Assembly (NCBI GenBank): GCA_023213395.1
Contig: CM041465.1
Location: 172,677,741-172,741,740, forward strand
Length of the DNA stretch: 64,000 nt
DNA from: Cycas panzhihuaensis
Taxonomy: Eukaryota > Plantae > Cycadophyta
Reading direction: 5' to 3'
Shown here: positions 19,256-32,964 of the stretch, one piece after another
Position numbering within the stretch: the first letter of the stretch is position 1
How the letters are laid out: each line of letters starts with the position of its first letter
Translations under genes and position numbers: made by a program
The notes under the pieces: generated by a model
Database searches by the model: none
Seen by the model: the letters and a program-made list of their open reading frames with translations, nothing else
What the model was told of the DNA's origin: nothing

Positions 19256-19958
19256 ATTGGTGAGTACCCATACCATATAGTAAATATTAATAATAAATTT
19301 CAAATGGTAATGTAATAATAACAATAATATAATAACTCATGTTATAGGTTTGATACATAACATGCTTAAAATTAATTTACTAAAGAATAGAAAATTCAAA
19401 TGGTAAGTAGATTTGCCCTAAGCATTGAAATGCTAAAATAGACTATTAATCCATTATATGTATAAAAAAGAAAAGAAGGATATACATAAATGAAATAGGG
19501 CCTCCTTATATATAGGTACTAAAATTAGGTTTTCATTAAAAAATTGGCTTCATACCTATACCAATTACATCCTTTATAAAAACTAACTTCATCATTAATT
19601 TTAGGATTATTACACCTTTAAATCATAAATCCACCCTTTTAGAACATTCTTCTTTTTATTATGCCATTTTGTTATAGATTTTTGGTAAAGTCTTATACTT
19701 TTTTCTAACAAACTATAATCCTTCTTAATTATTTATTTAAGGGCTTCTTCCCTACTTCTTAGACACTAAACCTCTTTAACTTTATTGATTGATTTATCAC
19801 ACATATAATAAATCCAAAAGGTTTCCTGACATCTTATTAAAATTTCTTCTTAGTTATGAATCATTTTATATCTTTTTGGGCAGCATCTTGGCATCTCTCA
19901 TTTATTTTATCATTCTAATGATTATTTGGTTCTTGATTAAAGCCTTATAGGTCTATTA

Positions 19959-22900
19959 TGTAGCAATCCCCCTACTTCTAAAGATATTATGGCTGATTTC
20001 TATGCCAGTTTCTAACCAACTTTCTACGTAGTATTATTTCCAATATCACCCCCATTTTGGCTGACTTCTATCATGACATAGTAGCTACCTATTTAAAGAA
20101 GTTTAAGGCCTCATTCTTGAGCATCTGCGCGGAAGTGTTGGCTACCATATATTCATCTATAGGGTTGTAGTTATATTGGAGGAACCTTGCCTCAAAGACT
20201 AAGAATTATCAATAGAAGTAACTATATAAGTTATACTTAATATACTTTAGTATTCAATATAGTTGCTTATATTCTAAAATAATATATTATTCATATTTAT
20301 ATTCAATTTAGTAGAAAGCATATATTTTGCATATCTTTCCTTTATTTTGGCTCTTTTATTTCCAAAAGATTGGTTCATGTGACTTCATATGGTATCAGAG
20401 CTTCATTCTGAGGTGGGAATTTGGAAGTAAGCCTCAAAGAATAGGCCTAAAATTCCTACCCCCCAAGGACAAAACTAAGATCAAGGAAAAGTTTTCTTCT
20501 TAACAAAATGGTGAATTAGGACCAAATCTCATCAATGAAAGACAAAATGACTAAACTTCTAGACAAAATATATTAATAGTTGAATCAGTTCAGAGATGTA
20601 GAATCATAAGTTTTTATAGAAGAAGGAGAATCATCAGGTGGAGATAAAAACTGGGAGAATGATGTTCAAAGGAATGACTCGTAAAGAGATTTAGGAAGAT
20701 TTAATGGGGTGTGTTACAAATGATAAAATCAGAGGATTCTCTAATTAGATAATAGTCTTACAGGACTAAGTTTACACTGGAAAAAAATGATTTAGATAGA
20801 TCAAGAGATATCCAAAGTTAGATATTACAAATGGAAACATACTTTTAGGTGTATGGATTAACTAACAAGGATAAAATATCAATGGCATGTCTCCATTTAT
20901 ATGGAAGGGCTTTGAAATGGTTCCATTGGTGACAGAAGACCAATATTGGCCTTTTCCCTAAATCATAAGAATATATAAAAGAAGGCTTAATAAGCTAATA
21001 TGAAGATTCTTAGAATATTGATTATTTTACTAATTAATATGATTATAACGAAATGGATCAGTATAAGAATATATAAAGCAGTTCTAGGCCCTTTAATAGA
21101 GAATATCAATTTCCCATAAAGAAAATATTTATGATCAACAACAAAGATATGGAAATTCCAAAAGAAAAAGAAGAAGAAGATAATCAAGGGCTAGAAAATG
21201 AGACTGAAGCAGATGAACTTTTAGAAATAGATACTGAAAATATCTAGATTTCATTGATTTTAAGGAATAATCAAAGGAGCTCTAGTTGCAATCCTCGTAG
21301 ATAGTGGTAGAATTCACAATTTCAGCAATATGGGCATAATAGGAAAATTAGGATTATCAGTCTAATATTTAAACACTTTCTAGATTTCCATTGCAGATAG
21401 AAGGACTATGGAATGTGGAGGATATTATCAAAAGGTGAGCCTTCGAATTGAAGATTATTTAGTAACCACATGTATGTTTATGATGCCAATATAAAGAGTT
21501 GATGTAGTTTTAGGAATATAATGGCTATAAACTCCGGGGACTATAATTACCAACTATAGAACCTAATTTATATGTTTTTGTCGGAAGGGGCACAAATATA
21601 GATTACAAGCACTGGCCACACCACTAATACAATTGGTATCATCACATTGTATGGAAAAGTTATTAAAGAAAAATCTAATAACATACATACTAACATACTA
21701 TAAAATAGCAATAGAAGATGTGCCTTTGGAAGTCCAAAAGATCATGGTTGAATATAATTCAGTATTTGAGGAACCATAATGGCTTCCCCTAAAATACAAA
21801 TACCAACATGCTATTGATCTAGTACTAAGAGTAACTTTAATAAATATATGCCCTTATTAGCATCCATATCATTTAAGTAAGGAAATCAAGAACATCACTT
21901 GAGAACTTTTAAATTAAGGATATATAGCAAATAGTATCAACCCATTTACATCTCTAATCATAGTGACTCCTAAGAAGGATAGATCATGCAGAATGTGCAT
22001 AGACTACTAGGGATTAAACAAATTGACCATAAAAAATTATCATCTTATTCCTCAAATAGATAATTTATTAGATGAAATACATGGAGTAAGGTACTTTTCA
22101 AAAATTGATCTCTAATCTAGGTATTACTAGATACATATTAAGGAAGAAGACATATATAAAACCACTTTCTATATTTACGAAGGATTATTTAAATTTACAA
22201 TCATACCCTTTGAATTAACAAATGCTCTAGCAAGTTTCCAAAGCACCATGAGCTCTATACTCAAAATCTTACTTGTGAAAATTAATGCTATTTTTTTTAA
22301 TGATATCTTAATCTACAACAAAACATTAAGATAACATTTGGGTCACATTAAGGTAGTTTTATTGATATTATAGAACAACCAATTTTATTTAAATAAAAAG
22401 AAATATATATTTGGGAGAGAGGAGCTTAAATATATAGGTCGCATTATCACACAAGAAGGGATTAAGGTAGACCCAAAAAAGGTCTAAACAATTATCAATT
22501 GGCCAACTCCTAAAAATGTGACAGGAGTTAGGGGCTTCCTAGGAGTAATAGGATTTCTCAGGAAGTGTATTAAAGGATACACCCATATTGCATCATCTCT
22601 AACTGACCTTATAAAAAAGATGTGTTCACTTAGAACCCTTTCACAAAAGAGGCTCTTTAAGGACTTAAGAAGGCAATGATCATGGTGCTAGTTTTGGAAA
22701 CCCTTGATTTTTCTTAGCCATTCAATTTAGAATGTGATACTTTAGGTTTTGGAATTGGAGTAGTTCTATTATACGAGGAGTAACCAATTACGTATGAAAG
22801 TATGAAAGTGAACAATAGGAAAAAAACTCAAACCCATTTATGATAAAGAAATATTGATAATCATGCATGCTATACACTAGTGGTGGTAATATCTGTTAGG

Positions 22901-25900
22901 AAACAAATTCATCATTCAAATAGATCATGATAGCCTTAAGTATTTCTTAAATAAAAAAACATTATTAGATGAATAACAAGAATAGTTTAGTAAGCTCTAG
23001 ACTTTTGATATTAGTATTATTTACAAGAAGGGGAAAGAAAATGTCATCGCGGATGATTTATCAAGATTACTAAGAGATAACACCTTTTAGATTCAGAATG
23101 ATGTGGATCAGACATCATGATCTCAGGTAGAGGGTGGAGGAATGGTGGAATGTCCCAATTCAGGGGCACGCCATGTATAAATTCTCAAAAAAACTTGACT
23201 AGGTGAAAAGGTAAGTGAAAGCTTAGAACAAAGAAATATTTAGAACATCCATCTACTTAAGGACCTAAACAAAATTGAGAGAAGGATTTAGAATGAGGGC
23301 AGGACCTAGGCTTTGGATAAAATAAAAAGAGACTTGGTTGAAAAACTAGAAGAATTGCTAATTAGAGAAGAAATTCACTGGAGGTAAAAGTCTAGGCCCA
23401 CCTGGCTCGCAGAAGGAGATAGGAATACCAAATTCTTTCACATGACTGTAGTAAAGCATAGAGCTAGCAATAGAATCAACGACCTTCAGAGGGATGATGG
23501 CTCAACAATGACTTGCATAGAAGGTATTAAAGACCTGGCCAGTGATTAATTTAAGAAATTATTCACTGAACCGCAGGGAGGGGAGAGGGATGCTAGAGAT
23601 ATTTTCCTGAGGTCTATGCCCAGTTTGGTCAACGAGGCCTAAAACTCTTCATTGATAACTCCCTTCACTTTGTAGGAGGTTAAGATGGCTGTGTTTGGAA
23701 TGAAGTGGGATAAAGCCCCTGGTCTGGATGGCTTCCCTCCTGGTTTCTTCGAGGAGTTATAGGATATAATTAAGGCAAACCTCATGCAGGCCATGCAAGA
23801 GTTCTACTTAAATTAAAAGATTTTGCAAGAATGGCAGGCTACATTTTTGGTTCTTATCCCAAAAAGGGAGGGAGCTAAGAGAATGGAGAACTTCCACCCT
23901 ATTAGTCTCTGTAATGTAAAATATAAGATCTTAGCTAAGGTGCTCACTAATAGATTGAAAAAGATCATCCTCAGATAATCTCTCGTAATCGTGATGCCGT
24001 GCAAGGTAGACAGATCACTGATGGTATTATTATGGTCCATGAAACCTTGCACTCTGCAAAGGAGAGGAAGGAGCATGCTATACTAATAAACTTGACCTTT
24101 CGAAGGCTTTCGATAGAGTTTCCTAGGACTATCTGTTGGAGTGCTTAGACGCCTTCGGGTTTGGTAAGAAGTGGAGAACCTGGATAAAGCTTTGCATCTC
24201 AGATCTCTAATTGTTAGTCATTATTAATGGTTCTTCATCTAGGTGCTTCTTGGGATATATGGGGTTGAGGCAAGGGGATCCCTTATCCCCCTATCTCTTT
24301 ATAACCCTGGTAGAATTGTTGGGAAGGGCCATGGAGGTTGCCAAAAGATGAGGTTTCATTAAAGGCCTGCGACTGACATCCAGGGTGGAAAACATTGTGC
24401 ATCACCAATTTGTTAATGATAATATATTCTTAAGGAAAGCTACTATTAGGGAGGCCACCAGGATTAAGGATGAATTGAGAAGCTTTGAACTGGCCATGAA
24501 CCAAAAGCTAAATTTGAGTAAAAGGAGTGTTTATTTCATAAACACCCCAGGGACCACTTAAAGAAAGATAAGTGAAATTTTGGAGTTGGATATCAAAAAG
24601 TTGCCTACTACATACCTTGATATGCATCTATTTGTGGGCAAGATAACCAAGGAATTATGGAATCCCCTTATTGATCAGATATAAAGGAAGTTAGCTGGAT
24701 GGAAATGGGCACTTCTTAGCTAAGCTGGTAAGCTCTAGCTTGTGGCTACCTCATTACAAAGTATCCCTATTTTCTGGATGTCTATTTTTAGAGTTCTATC
24801 TAGGGTTTCTACTGTGTTGGAGTCCATCCAGAAAAGATTCCTTTGGTCAGGGGTGGAAGAGAAGGAAAGAATCCACTTGGTGAACTGGAGCAAAGTCTGT
24901 ACACCGAAATAGGTTAGGGGATTAAATCTTAGAAGAACATCTATATTTCACTCTGCTCTTGTGGCTAAGCTTGGGTGGTAACTAGTCAAAGGTCATGGGG
25001 GCTTGTGGGAAAAAGTCCTAATCCAAAAGTACCTCCAGGGTAGTTCCCTCCTCGAGAATGTTGTCCCCCCTCTTGGCTCAACTGTCTAGAGGAGTGTCCT
25101 TAGCATTAGGTCCATGGTGAAAGCTAGTATGAAGTGGAACTTAGGAGACAGGAACACTATAAATTTTTGGGAGGATGCATGGTGTAGCAAAAAAGGTTTA
25201 AAGAACTATCCTCTATTAGCTCCCCTTTAGGCCTTTTGTGAAAGACTATACGGCATCCACATTAAGGACTATTTGACTAGGAGGGGAAGAAGGAAAAGAT
25301 GGAGAAATTTTGAGGAACTTCAGGAGGGGTCTTTCCCCCAAGAAGGTGTCGATAAACTTAAAAAGACTCTTGGTAAATGTTATATACCTAAAACGAGTAG
25401 GGTAGAATCAGTTGTTTGGCCCTCAACCCAAAATGGGAAGTACTTAGTGAAGCAAGGTTACCTTTATCTCTATTCTGAGAGAGGGGACTAGAGGAACGAG
25501 ATATTGGAAAGTGTATGGAAGTTGAACCTTATCCCAAAGATTGTTGTTTTTTGGTAGACCAACCTCAAGAATAAAATCTTAACAATGAATAACCTCATGA
25601 GGAGAGGTTACCAACTAATAAATAGGTGCATTCTTTGCTGTAACGAGGAGGAATTTATGGATCATATCTTCTTCCAGTGCTCTTACTCATGCGAGGTCTG
25701 GAGACTTTTACTTAAATTTTTTGAGGTGAAATGGGTCTTTCTTGGTAACAACATAGATTAATGGTTATCTTGGCAAAGCTCTTTCAAGAGTAGAGTTTTA
25801 GGTATTATCTAGAAAATGCTCTCCCAGTGCTGTCTTGGAACCTATGGAAGGAAAGAAATAAAAGGATATTTTGAGACAGACAGTTGGACCCAAAGACTAT

Positions 25901-28576
25901 TTTTAATGTCATATGCACAGAGATTAACGAAAATGTTAGAAGCATAGAAGAGAAGTGCTTGGTGTTGACTGAAGGTAAGCTCCTGCATAAGTGGGGTATA
26001 AAGCTGAACATCAGGGAAGAGATTACAAGAATATGCCCTTGGATTCCCCCTGAGGAGCATTGGCTAAAAATAAATTTTGATGGCACCTTGAAAGGTAACC
26101 TTGGTGAAGCTGATAGTAGTGGTATATGTAGACACACTAAATGTAGCTTTATATAGGCCTTTATAGAACACTCCGATCAATAAACAAACCATGTTGCAGT
26201 GATGGATGCTATGCTTAAAGCAGTGAATTTAGCCCTGGAAGGGGGCTTTCACAAGGTGATCATTGAGGGTGATTCCCTGAATGTAATAAATCAGCTGAAA
26301 GGCATAGCATCCCTAGACTGGAGATGTCAACCTATGATTGAGGATGCTCATGATGCACTAAAGGACTTAATAAATGTTTAGATTCAACACACATATAGGG
26401 AAGGCAATAAAGTGGCTAACCTCCTAACAAACTGGGGGGTTAGGAATAAGAGATCTATTATTTGGAAGGAGGATCTACCTGAGGAGCTTATGAAACTGGT
26501 TGAGACTTAAAGAATTTGAGATAGCCAACTATGGGGCTTGTCCTAGCATAACTCAAGTTTATGGAATGATACTTAGGCCGTGGGGTTGTCACGGTCCATC
26601 ATGACTTGGATGATAAATTTTCATTGATGTACTAGGTTGTGGGATCCTGTTTATAAACCCACATTTAATTCATTTTACGTTAACAAAAAAAAAAAAAAGA
26701 TTACCAAGAGATAACACCAGAGAAATTTCTATTAAAGCAATATCAGGTGCCACTCCCAGTTGGACCCAAGAGCTAATTAAAGAATATAGGAACGATCATT
26801 CATCATAAAAAGTGCTAAAGGAAATATGGGATTGAAATTCTATTGAATTCAAATTATAAGGAGTTCTAATTTTAAAGAAGGGAAATATATTTATCCCAAG
26901 TACTTCTAAGATAAAAAGAGTTATATTAGAAGAAGCTCATTTCGTACCGACAATAGGGCATATATGGATTGACAAAATATATTAAAAAGTATAGGATTCT
27001 TTTTATAAGAATAGAATGAAAGTAGACATTCTCAAGTTTGTATATGAGTATGATTCATGGTAGTGGAATAGAAATGAATATGTAAAAGGTCTGAGTCTAT
27101 TCCAGCCATTACACACTCTAGATCAGAAATGAGAAGAGATTTCCATGGGCTTTATTATTAAACTTCCCAGATCAGAACACAAGGATGCTATATTTGTGAT
27201 AGTCGATAGGTTAATAAAGTACACTTACTTTAGGGGAATACCATTAATGATAAAGGCCAACCAAGTAGCATAAGTATACATGAAGGAGATACATCACCTA
27301 CATGGGTTTCTAAAGATCATAATAAGCAATTAAGACCCAAAATTCACCAGCCACTTCTGGTAAGATCTATTTAAACTAGCTAGTACAAAATTAAACATGA
27401 GCACATCTTACTAACTATAAATAGATGGCCAAACATAAGCAGTAAACAACTATCTGGGAGGATACTTCTGGAACTTTTCTTTAGATATATAACATTTATA
27501 GTACAAATAGCTCTATTTAGCATAATGGTAGTATAATACCACCTATCATATAACAATAAAGATGCCACCCTTCTAAGGACTATATGGTTATGAACCATCA
27601 TTAATAATAATGTGGACTAACGTGTCATAAGTATAAGTAGTCCATAAACACTAGGAACAAGTAGAATAGACAATTCAAAATTTAAAAGATATTTTGAATA
27701 CATCAAGCAATAGGATGAAGTAGCAAGCTGACCTAAATAGATTATAAAGAAGCTTCATAGTTAGAGATTATGTCTTTTTAAGACTCCAACCTTACAAACA
27801 ATCATCAATGAAGTAGACAAATAAGTAAAAGCTAGTAGCATGATTTTTTGCACCTTATTAGGTTATCAGAAAATTTAGGAAAGTAGCCTATAGATTAGCT
27901 CTACCATTGGGAAACAAGATTCATCATGTTTTCTATGTATCTTACCTTAAGAAAAAGATAGGGGAAAATATCACCCTACAAATAACATTTCCAGAATTAG
28001 ACAAGGAAGGGAAGGTTAACATTAAACTTGAAGGAATTCTCCATGCCAGAATGAAGGCACTATGATTTAAGAACATCAAAGAATATCTCATTAAATGAAA
28101 AACACTTAATCTAGAAGATTCAACATAGGAATCAAAAGTGTGGATCCAATAATATCCCAATTTGCCCATGTTTTGGAGGAAAAGCATGTTTTCAAAGGGA
28201 CAGAATTGTAGTAAGTCCCTTGATTCTAAAGATATTCTAACTAACTTCTATGCTAGTTTCTAGCCAACTTCCCAAGTAGTATTATTCTTAGTATTGCCCC
28301 CATTCTAGCCAACTTTGAAATTCCATCATGACATAGTAGACGCCTATTTAAAGAAGTTTGAGGCCTCATTCTTGAGCATCTGTGTGGAAGTAGTTATATT
28401 GGAGGAAACCTCACCTTGAATAAGAAGAATTGTCAATGTAAGTGACTTTGTAAGTTATACTTAATATACTTTAGTATTATTCATATTTGTATTCAATTAG
28501 TAGAAAGCATATATTTTATATACCTTTCCTCTATTTTGGCTCTTTTATTTCCAGAAGATCAATTCATGTTGCTTTA
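19959..28576 (+). mobile_element. Ty3/gypsy chromovirus (Reina-like), decayed, interrupted by an L1
   Basis: LTRs 19959-20387 and 28207-28576; PBS TGGTATCAGAGC 20390-20401; PPT before 28207; TSD TATTA/TCTTA; protease ILVDSG, RT (RMCIDY, FFNDILIY), RNase H, integrase (VIVDRL, DPKFTSHFW), chromodomain EYLIK*K..EDST*E. Confidence 0.93.
23085..26698 (+). mobile_element. 5'-truncated L1-clade LINE (ORF2: RT, zf-RVT, RNase H)
   Basis: EGDRNTKFFH, KAPGLDGF, PISLCNV.YKI.AK, GLRQGDPLSPYLF, C.LC...EE..DHIF..C, WIPP...LKINFDG, EGDS, REGNKVA; poly(A) 26685-26698; TSD gattactaagagataacacc (23065-23084) / gattaccaagagataacacc (26699-26718). Confidence 0.95.
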
Positions 28577-31500
28577 TCTTATAACCTAGTCTAGGCTAAT
28601 TGTGTTAGTCCCTTTGAGTTTATTAGACATTTCTTTAACTTGTTACTACTAAGGTTCCCTCCTCCTATTTGGAGTTTACCCTTAAGAACTTAGGTAGTTA
28701 AACCCATATACTATCTAAGAAACTTTATCGATAAGTATAACTTAGTCTCATACTTCTTTTAAGTATTCATAGGGCTATATGCATATTGTTTTATATTAAA
28801 CATCTTCCAGTGTAAGATAAAACTTTATTGCCTCTTAATAAGCCTCTTTGAGCCCCTAAGTTATTTTTTTAAAACTAACCATGTAAACTAATATTAAGAC
28901 CATCTTATTAAGTGACATTAAGGGTGGTTTGGTTCATTTTATGGGTTAGCATATACATTCATAACTCTAATTTAGATAATAATTTACATCTATAGGAGTT
29001 CCTTACTTTTTCCTTTGGGGTTTGTAGGGTTTCTCCTTTTCTTTATTCTTTTGAATTATGATTACTTATGAGAGAGTTCAAAAGAAATTGATATGCAATT
29101 TTTGAGCTAGTTTTATGGTTAAGTTATAAATGAATGAAGGATAGAATAAATGATTGATGCTGTATTCTTATTAAGTTTAATATCACTATGCTAGAATATT
29201 TGAATGAAACTCAGATAACACAATGTTAGGGAAAATATGTAGAAGCTATCATTAATGAAAGTGGACCTAATATGAATAGGAATAAGATAAGGAAGTAAGT
29301 AGCAGTTAGGATAAATGATACATAATAGATGAAATATGTATATATAATATTGAATAGGATATTTAAATAATGCACAAGCTTCATCTTATTATACACCTCA
29401 CTTCATGTGGAGAATCCTTAAAAGTCAACCGATGTGTGCTATTATAAATTCTAAGTGGCACACACAACTAGGTGACTATAATATGAAATTCACAAATATT
29501 AAGAGAGTGTGAAAGGGGCTTGGGATGACATTACATATAATTGGATATTACTATCTAGCATTACCTCCTATATTGTATGATTATATAATATAAAATCTCA
29601 CATTAAATATAAAATTTAGTCTTTAATTATGTTGGAATATAAGTTACTTTAATAATCATTAAATGTTGCTAATGTCCATAGGAAGGATGCTTCATTTACC
29701 AAACCACAAGGGTAACCAACTATGATGATTGCTAGTTTGATAGGTAAGTCCTTCAATCTATTGTTATATTAGTCTCATATCAACATCAGTCTAAAACAGA
29801 TTGTTCTATGTGGCTAAGTCAAGTAAGCTAAAAAATAAGTATAAGAGTAGCTAAGAATATATCTATTCTCTTACCAAATATGATTATAAATAACTTCGTT
29901 GGTAACACATGGCTAGAAATATAATATCATCATTAGCTAGAATTACATGATAAAGGGGTAATGTGGCCTTACAAATGCCTTTATGGTTTAGCATAGTCCA
30001 GTAATACATCTTAACAAATGATATAGAATGACTTACAAGGATGTGACTTAAGAAATATTAAGAAGTGGCTATCTTTAATGACTTTTAAAATATTTTAAAT
30101 AAGAAATAGGTTCTCTAGATTCTATAATAGTGCCCATGACATATAATTTTACATTTTCTCCTATTTAGAGATACATTACATCAATAAATAATTTATCAAA
30201 TGATTTAGAGCCATAAAAAATAAAGAAATGTGTTTAAAATTATGAAAAACCTCTTCAAAATGAGTTTTTTGAAAAAGCTATTTTGACTTTGATTGGATTT
30301 TTTTGCTATAAAATGGCTTCAATAAATTTCAAGCAACCAATCATTTAAAAGGGGGCTAAACCATGATTCCAATACATCTTGGGGATTTAAAATCTGACTC
30401 TTCATGCTTAAGATATAATGAAAATTATGAAGATATGTACTTAAAAAAATGTTAAAAGGTTGAGAAATAATGTTAAGCCCCCTTCATATAGGGGTTGCTA
30501 GTCGTTTGAGTGTGTTATATAATTAAGGGGTGATTTGTTGGGGACTAGTAGACTTGAAAAAATTATAAAAAATAATTAAATGTATTTTTAAACTTTAGAA
30601 TTTTTTTGCTCTTTGCCAATACTTAAAATGCCCAAAAAATAATGATAAAATGTTAGGATTCATATAGGTCTTGACATCTAACACTGTTGGTAGGTATTGC
30701 TCAATGGACTATAAAGGAGATGGCTTGAATTGACTTTACGTTGTATGACTATTCTTTGTGTTTATGTCTCAATTAAGGGTGTATCCATGGTATTCTTTAT
30801 CTATATGCCTTAATGATGATTAATCTTCTTTAGAGCTTGTTCAAATTATTCTTCCCAAAATCTCAAATAGTGCTCTAACTTGGTTCTCTAATGTTCCATC
30901 TCTATACTTATATCTTCATTCATAAATAATCACACCATGAAATTCCTAGCATTCCCACTAGTAAATGTCCCAAAAGAGTTAAGCTTATCACCATTATATC
31001 CTAATCTCAATTGAGTAGAGATGGTAATCAAATTAGGCATGGCCATGTCAATATTACTATAGGTTTAGAGGAAATTATTTATATATATTTGAGAGTTCTA
31101 TTGCCTTCTAAGCTCATCACATTCCTTAAGCCTCCTCTTTGGATGATAGAGCCCATAGGCCAGGTTATTCTCAGAATGATGAACATGAGATACAATAAGG
31201 AATTAAGTGAAGAGTTGAAGCTAGCTCAAGGCCTATTTTATTATATATAAGAGCTTAAAGTCTTCTAATAGGTTGGCATGCCCAAGCAATATAGGCAGAG
31301 TTAGGGTTTTGTCCTTAGATCTCATCTTATTCCTCATCTTTGGTAGAAGAATATTAGAGGAGTTATATCTGTTAGAAATAATATTTAATAAGTTAATGTT
31401 AATAGTAACTAGTTCCCCTTAAGTCTCTCACAGGTTTATTAAATTAGGATATTAAGTTGTGTACAAGGTGGTGCACACCTATTCGCTTAATTATCCCATC

Positions 31501-32964
31501 GGTAGACATAAAGGTTCTTACATTTGATTGGATAAGTGTGAGGTGACTATGTACTATAAGTGTCATTCACACCTAATTCAATAATTAAAGATGATTATTT
31601 CTCATAAAGCTTATTGTCTTATATGTTTCTATATACTTTATTCTTTAGTTTATTGATTTATTATTTACATATATTATTAGCTCATGCATATGTGTTTTAT
31701 TATATATTCATATATGTAATAGATCTACTATGCTATATTTTCGACATGGTATCAGAGTAGAATAATTTAATTGATCCTACAAAGTAGATCAAAGTGTGGA
31801 TTAGAGTGAGTTAGGTAGTTTAATATAAAAGTTATGCTATAAGATTGATGGTTTGTGGTTGTAATAAGTTCCTCTTTAGTTTGCACCTTTTTTTTGAGAG
31901 GGCTCTTCAAATAAAATGTGTAACGCAACTCTATCATTCATGAGGGAAATGCTTGTCCTTACTAGATCCAAGGGTTGTAGTTGGAGATGGCATCTCTATC
32001 ATTAAAGGAGGTTGCTATACAAAATCCATAGGTCTTTGTAAGGTCATATTTGTTAGTTATGTGTCCCATGTCTATTTGTGGTGTTATGCAGCTCTATAAC
32101 CTACATGTTATTGTCCATCCATGGAATATATGCATGGAAACTTTGGCATCAAACTTATTCTAATTTATAGCATAAGCCTATTGATACTATAATTGAATAC
32201 CAACAAGGCCTCTTATGGCAAATATGTTTTTCAATTTAGACAATAATTAAATTTAGTCAGACATTAGGTGATTAGATCCATGCGATAGTAGCATGAGGAG
32301 CTAGAGGTTGTGGTCTTATACTTTAAAGCTTATTTGTACCTAATTTCTCATGGTTACTATTATGGACATATTATAGAAGATTAATCTATCATAAGAAGAA
32401 AATAAAGGTCATACTCTCTTTGCTTTAGTTTTGCATGGTAACTTTTATTTTGAGTTTGAAATGTCATGTTAGAGATTGGTGTATAATTAGACAAATTAAA
32501 GGTGAGTGAGTATGGTGAAAAAAATGGCTAGATATACATAGAAATATTTGCAATTAATTGCCCTTCATATATATGAACCTCTGAGATCATACAAATTGAT
32601 AAGATTGATCACCCAGTAATGCGGAAATCATCCAAGGAAACCTAAATGGAAGGGGCCAAGCCACCATAGTAAAATAAGCTATTAATGTAAATTTGCACGC
32701 CACAAAAGGATGTTGCTTAAGCCATCATGCCAATCCTTAGAGGAGCACATAAAAATTTTATACTTGTAAAGAATTTAACGATGATGTTCAAAAAATTATT
32801 GACGAGTATAGAATTGCACCTAATGTTGACTTCGTTGATGTTAAGAGGTGTAGATACCTAATTATACAATGATAAAAAATTGATTTATCAAATATTTTTT
32901 TAAAGTGAATTTCATATTTAATTATATTAGATAACATTTTGGAGTCCACTCTTTAGCCCCTTAT

